Assembly: GCA_022711395.1 (NCBI GenBank)
Contig: JAKLFA010000003.1
Span: 290,509-354,508, forward strand
From: Candidatus Omnitrophota bacterium
GTDB taxonomy: Bacteria > Omnitrophota > Gorgyraeia > Zapsychrales > JANLHA01
Reading direction: 5' to 3'
DNA length: 64,000 bases
The notes beneath the pieces were generated by a model. It saw nothing but the letters and a program-made list of their open reading frames with translations, was not told the DNA's origin and did no database searches. This document shows positions 63,701-64,000 of this stretch, piece after piece (within the stretch, counting starts at the first letter, position 1; each line of letters begins with the position of its first letter). The translations under genes and the position numbers were made by a program.

Positions 63701-64000
63701 CGTATGAGTCGATCTGGCATGAAGGCTGGATGCAGCGTGAGTGGAGCAAGCGCGCCTTTGAGGCAACGGATGTGAGCGAGTTCTCGATCTTCAGCCGTCT
63801 GTCCGGCGAACCGGAAGCCCTGACTTACGGAAAGGTCAGCCGTTTGGCCGACGGAACATTGTCCTACACGGAAAACATGAAAGAACTTCCGTTCTTAGGA
63901 TATGATGCCGCGACCGGTGATTATGCCAACCGCGAATTCTTTGATGTTTCCAGGAACTGGAGACGCAATGTTGATGCCGGAACGCTGAACATCGTTCCGT
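24706..64000 (+). CDS. giant multidomain protein, 5' complete and 3' truncated by the window edge (>=13,098 codons)
   Basis: Hand translation in frame 1 finds no stop from the upstream TGA at 24559-61 to nt 64000. The frame was verified at 27541, 30001, 36001, 42001, 48001, 54001, 60001 and 63961. All - strand ORFs in this span are short. Candidate starts are 24592 (inside the hairpin), 24682 and 24706. N-terminal TM anchor; domains listed separately. Confidence 0.85.
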   Translation, partial: MQAIRVSDAQSSENEGVSISNNVQNTYGTEPEKAFKSRFKGWLRLVAAIVVFVFLPEQISWAMNYNPAVLWSAQPISMTGMPIASQAPALELQLPQREAAEMLATNVQSLLSRAAMEGNRNLDIQIASPNQKEFRDIDGLRISAKTSLSPEKIQEVAQWLRKPGIHPLNCGVFALHDFLKLSKMPISLEQAALSTLSVDLLTDIVKPGDPTLKTSLYAIDKVISLYQLDHAVIKLEPQDILKLNVPFIANFGQEHFVTVTAIDDKGVHVQDTGVERIMSQEDFLKDLSGYVLILKKNIPISVSYQNVDDVEKAFVWGDRWVDQSDELPGLLGDVGEAWARAGTDVAITVVISIVTWGFGTWLNSLAEAGKIAGMLAKLASELAKMGTIIAGIAAIGIGELVNTINQIAIMNGWWDEDVGFVMGIVLSTALSVGCGMLTSGFAGALDSSVKAGTNGLTGAALGGAAFRGLGTGIGNVPVVFAQRMAQSLIVAFPKAYLARELDKIIDIDDPILKQAAVGFLSSLGTQIGLMGLSFSLDQVGLDSVNSFLDLKAPESLGEFLKEAGLSIGRGLVGNAASIGLRYLFLEIDDETFAADTLVSQAIGQVGQTFGNLLFDIVSSGSLPQILRGDVKKGNFVGDDEVVSAGLFARDSNGDLQEAYKDDKNNYYILGENDQKQLVGIDKIVTRGIGDSGVVERPGDQLESFRGITIDGSNYAIRKRDGQLVDANDQRSRYFILDKQGRPAFLNVDSDGKVTIPTESFAQLKAKGLDPEGNYSLKEDALEGGLPQLHLMQRQALSSRLLAEAVQGLVGVAIAFGMDRLEDAVIDEDDEGQKDKYQTLGLRLVGFLGTLVLAEGASALGRSSGSADGASLEGGSVLSAFGDTFYRGGATFALQLGNNFLRANGTMPSGWEYGKGSFDSIEQMVRFYEQAGERAGWGMDSISKIRGLRKQLDENEDLTDEQKHYYFFMGVSNITKKAKDEWAIDQVNTNLAGGFVNNDMFIEGGIVTNIKSTLGMLLSKFQKPEITKDLLGFTYYRWALEKTGEVEIDGKTAKALEKLEGEAKQAGEEQSKKVDRYAYYLYKTSDVKIDTNIIAEETEVSIAGVGPAGWEIAKIQPGFGRVSFGMVLDDGLMKKLGISEGDIRDGLVKNENGDVDLAKTRDSLSPDTVVGIENLLRLFKEDKGLDQIFNTTVYLGEGKTDPRSVKMEYFRSAGEVSPWTAKIFKYNAPETKQSGGQVVEKSKTVYSLGFQPDYLNPKGAEEANPTWLIGRFNASAAVYGYDRTPGVKDEKEHILEFESAAGFRWASKLPGSIEQGLPLGEMGIAPAVKFGKMNANPRVLAVYGDKTYYARQGSQGGAFQAINDLVGSFISERSFRYDSIVGALDEGYVISTFEKWGEEPGVDKTGLVRLAGGGQQPSTLMIFSVNKDRKIEMDPQTLEIKEKEGVNALNGLGVLDLFTAGISPLEILRGNIATGSFSPEQMAAYEASWKKLDDKARQLVMKLGTDKKVLKELLDIVNSYIAQNGAASATPEGLEAFVNSKEEAKSAVGNHMGEVKDLLGLQQALEEVKKLNPLDAGQTRFARARMFLPAEDGTHPSATTASFFQQGVIDELTVEALHQYYVKESDNPTPPEVKFVKPGTSTVADAETLDSPFGVLPKYASLSESIAGGDIFYKDGQLADYTAIGTSGTIFNLDVSSGRAMAYTVDAARKINVPEAFDKRFKTEYAGDYKMQIFSNRSGVMAGEGSILNYGNNFGWTIGGLNDSEIKNAIAVHDGLNVRYFGTEGKEGSEVTFLQTRTFREYKPTADIERNATLTEIKDGKTEVVGLIHKMDTKVFELSSFEIGGGFRFSLEGKGSDFKDTSIAPLYRFATSDGATITVKLPDEPDARVLKADVSLDFSEKDDGTFLRLSNLRGDYDVKAEAAGNNSVEFRKGQNLVIPIISALGRATIREQEKTVDPALIGEIAKKASTEQQPIDASQVVASHFVSAEFMDKTAAPGASAVLVEAKAGNDGKKQFVLYVLEAENEAEPKDLGPVQVMVSLDEFLQRGKIALGEGEKQQPVVFSTASIKDANGNVITGLTAETARTALESAAKKDPSRAVFVEQVLVLSSEDEESKKMVLAQFPEGTQAGILGKTLFLTPEALQDLANVSFSQPLNPSQIVEVSAADGSSRKVLSDPSLSAEDAIFAAGVIQQQLVSTAKVEDAGFFSKFTHIGIVEDDQIMGGQIAISFEGDVALITKSGLAKIKEAQETGESFLGLLDRGRINSEDQNFQNLGFVGTLAKADPLAEITFENGGKANVIAVDFQKGKIPEVLEARDENGTLIGQALVEKAEPRLSYLYNPLQQGYQEDIIAGFDMSGRLFVPSTMPVSIFKEVQETALPAGAPEAILKEKGLLPMTSRSLSGFSGIIDFNQDGQFRIHAGSRGINEAIQIMLTKGTPESKTDWLVTTLKQTSVDYFNDSGIKSLSESFEQKLSQAFSSNNWVAVDNEAKITTFLEGTAKGRGLLRWHGEDLNLNGSSGTMFAKVSVIDANGQTKELKSKEVSYDHALAMEKGRTNQGDAWVPVSGRVAEAYVKANDVSDLPIDLKNIQIYKRPMSQETLDALVKLRKAVQRYQADKMFGDGVSAPQAEMDKIIEQAERLYGRVTPDTIVKTMLFGGAGINSSMVDVILNEHNASVFRDAAEKDGLAVQIQTDVHLSVLSRGLEGINAYSNVLLSGLDLTSDAGKAEFQKRIKDLRETLANNPRASAMIHLLRREDQAEAGLLNRAIQFVKVGPGGTGGLGSNIEDPAKFAALVLVAIYKLTEGKKDMMNKLDPAQNPAVAVINALYNSPKFDLAAVGSLFDEKLNGSDLGLTEEQKASAIKFLTDVGNSMRAEDDAETAFQFIVRNQDRQKILGSVEVLLGEKVSEELKQKIGIVTNFEGALDNGKVRRVVFGAFSDDTYKALADFGKQLRAVVNLSETFNDAGLTLSESKTLVAQVSALQEGGKAVSPADVVVQLFENSAYKNQMIKIFGALGIKDEEFLNAAVTTYHATQREAKENEFLKMANFMASAGPANIARIFADPNSATQATLKADGEGEALWIAFGKPQQSRLEVFMFALASGNTSAIGQILGEAKVSPEEITNIQIAALQFSKEAAANDFKPEIVQKAFKEKFLPSLSDKALQALTNRDTIDQIARFVNPEYDQKQLEVNFNPFLEGSVFSKGEPAGTDGITVARDDFAGVSSVLNSGAVTIKNGTFFVQEAGLKTTSPIYAPGVIGTLENVINYKEGLPVSASSINVKYSDMMTAKGTDWNVSYGLFALKAGQMEEGLYGPPVPVAATFGLEGIDKYQQDYLFVPQDFSIAEGVAVKLAKESGWSQTRFADGKTLNGQFTKVVLKDGFLSSAALYGEGSFWERVKKEKAGYSPRQATDMDFATFAMVEGETVKNDQGVEEKYTRYATPANVDKTLGYINEKSIPKDMGPDGKRSLEVMKAEGGRLVFALGATGADGKGYFTGILRPDFRRSGSLHLFSKDARIKPVYDKDGKVIKGSFDLSKAVTQFVEGTGDFNTKGLPKFLNALYDQFYAAEGVQRSVAVKDGLYAYGRIAHVVPQGKQAQENYSNISDAPEDVLVGQVFTEDGVKYFGAGDLGRFTDNAFVGLAKTGSFKVDPSQKTIPSWLLFEEKGLQVLGEGGQWLGVSKDTYNINIYQMALGQREDGSYAPLLTREQKVDRKTTWREVRVQGDDKEFEKANQELLDAKRLQLVFLKEKLSGMGDVVLERRQWEFSTMRKMNSTMACHGGGVSCERPAAIKELDRLEAQVRDLENQVGLLSAEFRPIISYGSNWGYLTDDNGNATRMEYFLENGELVGQFGAGESGRAVGMPIISYQKLISDPFNEIAKEGAENTLLGKLASGDIKTGDAVKLPNSIDLHAGDITHVVKLKGRLTRDQVGRDNTALYDLSGDFSVGIVIDGVDTYKGEIRARTTMDIPGTQILLPDPDSVLIDKRASIYNPLSDTKKFDIVKGADKKSFNSFLYAASEKEYQKKLKEMTVGLTAKAFSDAKYASQLLGKPLQEDWVGYPKLTYQEGKDLHAAIKKEAEAKTNQEWVQDANRAGYRLEFGMMDLDDQIAYMREDKNKGGLGMLLFSYDYEGGAAFLNFMNNPDPLVHAETNEERTAIRMAEIVYGANFDLDEKMDDFRVSREYEKALRKEERNDRYEFAAGHYEPWQLLNDDNNYQQLSAIRTPNSVTLKTGQKGGLLGWLGNRFKDDETFTAAELEANREQRIKEIHENSLKYKGQGWGPDDDDTSFSFMSGGRNFEFSLDDEYAKPAFYDLAYHGYDELGVHAQTIGTLGNMVAVTTTIDVASYAWLAVDVIVTVGTLGAATPATAASEAGRIAATQAAKKGLMFAAKKAIYTQLRNAGFRAATSHAMAKVIVQAGTRALIYAGINVGFTALISGGKADAGDYAKAAAWGVLFSRPWAGLGRMSAAGLVKSGMNKITLAALKNVRTGSTAAVQAVGQQIAASGAQIAATGGTTAGVWGQRVVSLGQFVNRHDKAIAYTGLAAILGTGTYFGVKSQKEKLGEFVKTHINISSIGGGLVVGGIAAGALWGRDKVMFAMKEGIKKFKDAFLYNIVKFDDIIQKSILSNSVGKVALGSIIGTGVAAAGGYGINSIFNNDSLDSRGYVASVGTLALAGLALYGAKKIPAPVLQNIKTRAVNVTKPLVAIAKENPKAARYVAVGAGAAGLSAYAEYQSYNQYMAKQKSLKPGESTSYTGYGRPTLAIASAFAAVLGGRKMSRFLAANPEALLISIYQTGVDARYDQNPAESSLLTNVFRSIVLSPGRAIVGSMAGEGGRKFLARRTYLEQEAIFESAQNNLGSLGAAGLSFATAYTRALFTWGTGAYQASAVLSPLDTIKEFADMSRKPKNIPQNTQEEFKLAHLAWMAGSIMGVKPGVKAANVNLKGLLPPGGLRQVLRRTNAAMPSWVFVNSAINIFAPSIFGEGTDEMPDRIKSTAYQSDNVARGAFGAALLYNAVLSPIVKGVSARYTRATQNWSTTTQTMVGGGLTVSGVAMHVLGTQWKARLESEYELLKAEEVALAKIKNRAPDFSKIPKKGVFANILANSGLLVQSVGTSILLKRLHPNTWTKDFKSYTNRQGTFFVGGETSLTARVTDRLFVRPGAFLTGTSLGVLSAASAVYGSKKLVVDHVISAFQARQNNEAEGGFLSHFAANYLEKSTPYLLRGREYSINKAVDLVAMAKALKVLDKDATFDEKQTIKDKTYSKMTNEALKEEAKALGMSETEVDKKLQANDRDAIVWAVIKGKVDRAMESYKVAGKDNEYSFNGELFSKNRDENYERRVGGYGTDLPIYLLEGLMVAATVKGIKEYRSKFAELKRNNDSVKGVSKGLDDYFAESGKLRQATDKFGQEHAFGTAAAWAGAGGVLWGGGELLERAGQGQKNQTMQEWGRAIQVLGKTGVAIGGAVALGGFGDRILQSSKLSFAGKMNSGAIMVGKMTAETASNLAFVMAPLSGVLEGVSWAANKAVPLAGSDMEKNFLKYTVAGFWDDTQVLAKDGKTWIDRGAVKYQGATSIFGVMGRAYSSGLFGYDVATGELKVASLSDIPTTPQKLLPLPESMGGSPTEEYKGLQGQMIGFSAGLTALRWMTPVLNNIKYADFGRRFQAMNHSFDKTFDIDLFKSNSKVGKMFERFPLHPSRMISGSIEEIGEQFAQIGLQMTPVGYVGPILRQFGVSPTAARSFSEQFNEIVQEIVLSGSKIGVKNSRYANQQVLQFLSNNAGRFSGSQGLENLKAGLRDAASADQLGDIRADEVDYVIENYEEIGFVDSYGVTMPARMVLAATNGIGADARGYGAEQARQALANFKALITQDIELQIDEQNRSVEQVANVLEAQAQQKGQSFNRQEFLASARSSGRLITSEKRAKILESYTKSLEALEKKDDLTVLDVAQKMDELKGSSANLQQFFTLAADRGGFDASSLQGVTYGEVAAFLHEGGFRGTQFAGVTQSDMRQQLFGQAGDVTGATIFRHGDLGAGGQQQLYAMLRGGTGMVAAHDVEMGDEIIIESMAHQPVSADAFGGTQPQAPPSATPAASASSASPTLNTTTPSSSPTPLDPSAPTPGTNASVTPSTPTTPSVSPAPATAQAPAPTSASAAAEAVAKLVERKPGDIAREKTLSSLSMGRAVQRVMKKAKDGKVELIGFLNATAQAVEIDVGSGEKVQLKSGEFLRAKDAAVFGYDASRLAGQTDKARVKSFGFDEAKPVALFEQEVETPGVTQINPMTGKQEVVSRDKLRTVRREVMTDAATGKRFIERKIADVEMTVGVEQAPLANVPQIEVRSTQEVTVEGDKVVVSPRKMTNTIHIVQPAASEEGVAPAAIDPQVQALDGARVEGNVVYSASNNTPVALIHDGYRSMQFVDATDAGYRIKGGDLFAEAVVQRLGLSRHLPSQDAEDAPDIIIPKAEFENALGRNRELSQADTRILGNVVYRNEAGEIHTDFVDPTGRKFVVLRGSDGASYIIERDESVGAYRVAANNTEARILLRRSGIKTRSEAGQDILISDAQMDQALLGNGKFHMAAEINSRLRNKQSQDPAADAQKLAQLTTELISYYHPNATVTPSVEKGTLVHTYSVPDGSGGHKTFRFLPTLEAEKGKSSEHYRESERVDTGFQALVAELTPFKPTEGVGVVGHEGRHVFDFRMRVQGGRRLGGSAMITGAVALPIRKGFVSSGKRNDLSDVQHTNIYLSSVQGAQKATELGEVRAYRSQLLAQVGQFLESADIEDHELAQEQAKDMLYFMKLARNISYKAEFGYRQALGIIRGGQLGQDFAITADPLNAQGSIVVVTYKDASGQVRKIQQPIDPRARDRISAKYAAQGITKTDDEVTKEAVIEIFESTVQEEQAQSARIEQAIVLLDQVGRDASQFNPLAFRVAFKGYSATSRGGNTREHLARVFDQAVDRERNFAGIGNEGIASDIQARRVLAEITSDSVRVDGGSSEFTRLTGRAADSNMILEYNAQTGRGVIYEKEGQKVIADAPVLGKDASGKTIVVERKDQVKKTGGKIFAFVSVGSSGSPKQIQDVRAKIDFDSTAKIEVVKAQQPATPAAPAGTSPAILVSAPAASASTPVPAVLTAQAALSQNTESYSADMARATPVEFAKYTLGRQASKGSTTAQKILAGEIPLQLSGTSAIVPAGSDAAETQPTPRAAINAAFRDSKPVNAELLAAYNAKSERPISVPQNYVQQGEFLVPSSGAVSSSTSAAVLSTPATEAALPALATPPDVGTAAPVGTLPVAPVLTPVAVTGMPLAADLDAMKTADKLARAHIDNIIADKPGSVEPAGTSAVDRQPQPRVSQGSRYSSGQGEVTGARTVDQAKVLDAAMSAVKPDSNQVIATRRADGTIVSIINPNTKTVEIAGVALQPGQEAVMAQEPQTQEYKAIKVERRQSEGQTQTVVSEPVTIGAIQLERGDIVEYAKTGEVRILDKAKPQMVKAEVAGQVRSDIEPDAVKQVEVQKTFGDLKVVKADVAVATGESKTLYVQPTETVQKVFPDRKADESGNVRLSEQEIKTVFSLENTGVTNIEKTRRDLNQAVVAKAEGRGEVKTLTAAPKVYQQAVEAARQDLQGQLMIAQAKAQDSKGEDERARFETQARQIQSELDLLRDENVVVLDTPQTQVQTYRTEAQAEQLKPEQAVAVERVLNERVEGGFVDNTGRVVVFADTAERNFDYAVKTEQANLIQDSVKARVAETVKHEVAAAANQYSTDAANIEAARTRIADLGLPTQASLTGREGDKTEVMDASSVTAMLSGQKHEVRPFDRRREVAPRNWEVVFPETVFKAQNISFQEEKLISASRARESFVHGFLLNQPQLEVESAISRVLKKPVNLDDVSDRITLSYFDEGTNKDVFKVTMTAQNGEQFTFKLAHKQPKKGGDISPRETVNLSAVSDVSGAVPGFGGRYEYNGRAFYIEEFIEGKTVRQINQQGGLTHAIREKSVKTILEVSKTLHDLGEAEDMPKDIHTGNVMIRDRDGSAVMVDIGNNYVPVGQGVQNLVRFYGYFGENKDKGSNEFIYQALLDAYGREDGLRYLQSNVDHIKAAMAYDQKTGREAGVTSPKKKQIREQRDEPALRTEDSLQVVQEMEDFIRRVSSSPSSDLVRGTNAAVIAPAVTYKVSPPQMDRPVLEKTFVSPQFVHDLKVLGVRDENISKVEIGQGVGGREKTFYPVTAGDQKVAVVVIGGGQENVDRSYEFQKLVSQKLLGVTQTPVSLQKYPGGVGVKVEELIPGPSLEIISRRLYERAAKPEVDEATRGKMIATAQALTRKSVMRYVRLWDQFGMTVDTDPSNVKFKASSEKRFGMPVIVDLDAPQEFDPSMPEEFTRSSKTASELIESIGDPFGNGTVSYDAVMDEYVAKAVRQGKTVEAGKQEGVRVLREALAEFKAKAAPTVGMNFTQIYTDQLTSYIDGDGLKNYEYVDHRIERMNLPVMSETEAVRTAARDQLEMIKTRQTLASAGTNSAVLSEAPRSALAAAVDLKTVLPVNAETRRPELKVVSSDKNYVIVASEPKESVVPGRMQSHFNVYATDAQGKVEMSNGEPRVIGDFKLSSSMQNGRPVVEINEVAIPRAQDRGQGIYGAFVDQLKTTVPAGAEIKITDVRHAQTLADFAGAVSTELKARGDVAGLKAVKFMALRSELQQINDDFEQGKISLLEYTMAVEAPRKALVPLLHQYDQISELDQSLPSLTVMARKTDFGKRHQGLFDVETVSFTMPRNDGDILLHISGAAKGTASLAQTGTNAAVLSSGLGRTLAKAVLPVSLLFAGASFDTAEAVTDRTAAAYAGNNARFGVGSSEIVKARAEMDRGLDEILNIVQKRNGGNLIPGGVNAPVLSEILSKAVKPGEAPRFETVSSAIRNELTSRYQKFDSGKMSPAEVAELEQLEQDVAVFTTRLVTESSQYDATGRGEEYMALRNIVYGWPTVDGNIARRYVCEGCAAMNTLIGENEFGLREFRKLNVQMDAKGIVFGIDGEAGHSNNYLRTASGKTVLPVDQGVFGKDADHLKVDVWNDQGEHRVVQISDLSKPELKGFRGESANEIKARDEAELRLKTLTDQNNLSARLSNGRSMEQLSQVRREVQMIESSPELMKAIARHPHLQKNFDGLKKGVTGNIKITTYNEAVEQFNGLSRQLNGVGTLFENKDYKAAAGQYEKTATDIKKAIETLKANGFEQLQQASSDGQIVRGGSLISGLEKMLKVAEDNAAAARHNAGIGTGLTSRTPSSVVATGSRTEALKVNGLISRFNEASQAKNISELKQLLSEVETLSGTVNDKAMSEALGDIKTKAGQNITVLQFNDLAARFNVYANQRGQGAVKELEKIQADAEEALKTAPQTSPVRTKLDDMIRQTRQIIERRRSGASVDPQQASPLKEAEGQLASVNTVTPLIEATAELSPLPYETVTTYSVDHGVVVARGTPWMDTLAGQASDADRAGRNYENGSAQALGRPAPQTNAAVLAQETIKINYRYPKSISAGLGRASNFEGKAEISRKAHQANSGKGDFRQVHVIASDDADPAAQAEKMVYERQARKDQTPVYIFDAQDSQSPLKAVEITDKGQISYRKVQPSEIETGTVVVANPRLNTAAAFSPASETARNLVKKGNVIVDPDVFSVEHLDGQAAPETSVIGLSAAQTTKVHAASIPAVQAKAMKSVRIVLGVQDGVVLSREAFVDPRIRQYSPKEQQNLNDAIFVFAQQGTFDYVQIDDTDPSSMRTEIIRTADGMNILVIGAGYSRTEMRTLVENIGDEAAQDSGWAALAVKTASNWLTKIRPSVVLSDKTAGDIMVGRKNLTPGQAPIISAQASAALVGPKSGKIPSWSEAVSSLAAEQKAGVQGINVASGLKASTSSTQVNNAVLSSGNSGNEDGMDADQWVALMQAQSGISDTEIGDVSVVEGFIPSMHDGEGSLEENSREGEYYRMTRTGAGFKVSEIRPANDFKAVDEASDIVLFVRKDRPEVIAKYHLRTASGKEKPEAEISRAVKTVFESEQWKNRQPQSVRQAPASENRGANAAVVKEPSDIFLGGVPTRGETVLGLIGTVSSETQPVAGAEDSAPVQKHVINFFSSNEGKDSSAGAARNYPLETPITDTLQSEIRDLEHEFDQAQVSAQPAEVQETAYRKLVAAKALLLREYETRLLNQVAKARNDDALQNATNPLEHDIRINGKTVLTLKNSEGILRGGSWYDQLAKQAQDPEVLDVLDVAKNLDRQADHLSHFDGQGMSVSAIRGEISSLAGQLNWLKVRLSASDRSDRAVARAQRSVRQQTPRTTTQAVSALQRPSKVGSVIVGIATSTKNPMDTEAWRPFLEGKIKAGDQAAIAEYVALFLSGDANWVEFRRLLEAGAIETGEIWAPVLELVYAKEAELAAQGAVNETEDANAAVLGGSFWVRGAQSLLVAGMLAQGISGFNAGAAEAIADSVKQEMAADARLRDELHRAMAEFDRIEKKYTLKREFKPGLHMIGDFDDIRPTVILIHGGFSRPDAFERFAPYFREKFNIVIFAHDSAERLTRTGELFRADYERLLKGTSSKKIVVTHSFGSTAFMRAMLDASPEFKAELKTAKVFMLSPAFFGSARVGMGGSWFVQGQLWLGSLGGAFDFLEATRRQGQYHDPDGKTTAELYKRYQEFKALFNDEVEVIALTNDSHAPKRQESVLGQRYQQIVVEGGALLPAETDVGHSEILRRRDVVETIINKVSGGASTETNPAVLSRDFEWPALPQNESQLRSQLKESFARSWNPVRGTPRDALRIYRVNGRFFVKAPLAAHLILGKELALNAFGRHFIPTTALVASVDSLKYGVVDQYAANDPGAPVVYVQPVVQPFVDVVQDEFGFQHAVAGQGILNAEPAQSIARIDFYFEILEDMLKVGLSNADATIAQVGVAENNRTYFFDIERFREVKPQLGDAQDVQVNTLLAIDARNRELLAEAGVGKEILSHYDLRSKAFFKQDTLDKLWQAEMNLRQPVSSLFDYAKDVASRFTPSLTKEEFKQNVALPELGEAVNASAMRGKAAPVAGDSALTNSAVLPGADDSALPELPQPDINPAVLPDTSTPLPIQLNPGMLPVYILGKADTNVPDPIGQGSERDSKQSPVVPVSGSQLPLPLIPADGGTPGPGTGTGSKANSTAFVVLARSILPASKQEVRAAPNNLDQTQGDFEITDIRMASRKNWTGTGLSPTAWVSADHSTVVQAEGAVEWIGLGVGTVVEGVVFDNVANLLSNTGLSRVALNEGEADAWSVRLGANFTQEVAGSVVEVEAAVEGVTDGSNSAVLGGVTTDKGETEARSVRYGAENVQRTGIVISSRSSRRGNRSLKGHDTEARGILVAAIQPWALLEAGEGILDVVSGLGTKILASVVAVGSKPVVTGVKQGSQSAGSRDRTEHSSPLAMPEVLGVRIDSSYSVSRRSRNQNAGRSNSKAFGRAVNRLARTIRGIIGTVVRSRRNRSVEHNSRGSDSSAEGESADSDADADAEDSRSVRTISGSYDVEGSRSVISSVSADQSERLVQNAVQGVRELQNVSAGSNAAVVAEGQVNSADADDQGVRSVGTKDVEGNRSVISSVSADQSERLVQNAVQGVRELQNMTAGSDRAVSAITDDHGVEGNRLLNAGAVYSVGTSQLERADSDSPELREEERAAQAQDVSTTSIPAATTTGTGFDGNAKRSQFWASVRMAGFKTEARIILTRMTGALSTFILAILKGAQSIRAPNFVNLTASINFMKSLIKGGLSIVRTAYDQASSFIKGGSSWYSLTHNQMSNSSISLKSLSHAARSAQGETEQPVRPSFTLSSMNTNASTLATGSEEPGKSSNQEQADSLETSSTMPTQTSASRATARTSTSRLSIRDHVYSTGLWLLLGIVLSAYMSGMHILVIVAIASVWLGISARIYQGTSLSQNKGKGLLTRIVENTVLKNTILWFMIFFYGFAGNAMGASMKAEDRDAGYKAPNVVNVENWTGHQSGMSLSGTTLWMGDRANDQGILRLAHAMAQQNRGPAKVVAAADMTGDGNNNPPAQPDAEDTKPAKAQDPAPAKDTKKPVEPSKAPVAPIATIDDETLGKALTSGMPLRSEEIFANFEHPYNVRLFAAALAQAESKMQHQMATDDGSGLFGMSEEEWSQAVQYMLNHKLLEQPLSYAHVLDPNVAAEVAMAKLNYQFELLKSNHMADGKSQEEVQRLALAAYRMGMDEVVKAGKVPAAAKAFVDQVMADYKRSDEMTRKAYNLEVVYNLPKTMSAAPVFTPYTNGLGIVDALEGKHEEHKVGPKTEVLEAVKQSAEDAVTRSVPQNAKAEEDRTDAALAQEKKSSEDPLLPALPEGDVSLDPTSMVLPPKDALGTELPTLSIGEPVEGTGMFRRVQVSIKAKGLEDVQATKYGYQSDEHIDSNSLNGIGHSNNRLVKDVSVALMAETANALGVSSGDLIVIRLKNGQTLLGRYDDTIPSLYKGHRVDFYTPSGELSFDGQKVELFSYKQIMSGLSAEDQTTIKAEAGLLASKTNDTQEAAVAGQSKILRNMSTQVELTADLRVETIDGKKTLVLDRSYYELGENELAKVYLPLMEKLGVDRIVIKGKQPVAYFMEDGKLNTKRFMQTAAHGQTYRESGYYGTAVDTKSWIVTVQVPFASPVRTPVAGNVAAVALTADGWKVTVQAENKIETIFTHLGETAVKAGETLAAGDLIGLAGEFKSKDAKEYHFRIQVKEDGKEVNLLKKNDGASTIEGVRQAFVKNFNLDQAEVDFYTGKLETHEERKTEADSAIADNNAHVEKGKLEIEKQKIAVEQANDPEQIRRREQSAIGFYLFGKRDWDVANPYGNANASRSMTDALYGTPANEGGFWFGVGFNSIYSTGVGGPVLTLGDNSFSLDISGGVNNQFLGTWGQLAGDVFGAEDVLSKGPAATALFGISLTDNLIKLRNTYEDISHRANQYGYTEFFDQGWIFNKPWKLALDTSRVVPNPRPINGEWVSDPYHHADFTPARILEYPGKLVKGLLTLDAFTSDFWSNNPLYKPYESIWHEGWMQREWSKRAFEATDVSEFSIFSRLSGEPEALTYGKVSRLADGTLSYTENMKELPFLGYDAATGDYANREFFDVSRNWRRNVDAGTLNIVP
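25180..25600 (+). other. domain: C39-like papain-fold cysteine peptidase in giant protein
   Basis: HPLNCGVFALHDFL (Cys) ... 85 aa ... EHFVTVTAIDDKGVHVQDTG (His, then Asp). The spacing and motif context match the bacteriocin-processing peptidase fold. Confidence 0.55.
48270..48960 (+). other. domain: protein-kinase-like fold 1 in giant protein
   Basis: FKVTMTAQNGEQFTFKL (Lys), catalytic-loop-like DIHTGNVMI, and DFG-like VMVDIGNN. Confidence 0.4.
49290..49790 (+). other. domain: protein-kinase-like fold 2 in giant protein
   Basis: Glycine-rich VVVIGGGQENV, then DTDPSNVKF (HGD-like loop), then VIVDLD. Confidence 0.35.
56100..56840 (+). other. domain: alpha/beta-hydrolase (lipase/esterase-like) in giant protein
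   Basis: Oxyanion motif VILIHGG, nucleophile elbow VTHSFGS, and downstream Asp (TNDSHAP) and His (TDVGHSEIL). Confidence 0.6.
59180..59480 (+). repeat. tandem direct duplication (~201-nt period, 2 copies, core ~85 nt essentially identical) inside the giant ORF
   Basis: cgttctgtcatcagttcagtaagtgcggatcaatccgaaagattggtccaaaatgcagttcagggagtgcgagaactgcagaat occurs at about 59194 and about 59395. It encodes RSVISSVSADQSERLVQNAVQGVRELQN twice. Confidence 0.85.
60265..60510 (+). other. two internal transmembrane helices about 11.85 k residues into the giant protein
   Basis: GLWLLLGIVLSAYMSGMHILVIVAIASVWLGI and ILWFMIFFYGFAGNAMGA. Confidence 0.5.
60950..61340 (+). other. domain: lytic transglycosylase (SLT, lysozyme-like) in giant protein
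   Basis: AQAESKMQHQMATDDGSGLFGMSEEEW (ES...GLMQ-like), LDPNVAAEVAMAKLNY, and ALAAYRMGMDEV (AYNAG-like). Confidence 0.65.
62470..62790 (+). other. domain: degenerate M23/LytM-like beta-barrel in giant protein
   Basis: YGTAVDTKSWIVTVQVPFASPVRTPVAGNVAAV...FTHLGETAVKAGETLAAGDLIGLAGEF...EYHFRIQV. The topology is M23-like, but the HxxxD and HxH metal ligands are replaced (Y...D, YHF). Confidence 0.35.

Noticed and set aside
1-64000. CRISPR arrays, IS elements, integrases, rRNA
   Set aside because: I saw no regularly spaced direct repeats with unique spacers, no transposase- or integrase-like ORFs and no rRNA-like sequence. The HTH N-terminus of the 11304 gene is the only transposase-reminiscent feature, and it lacks a recognisable DDE domain.
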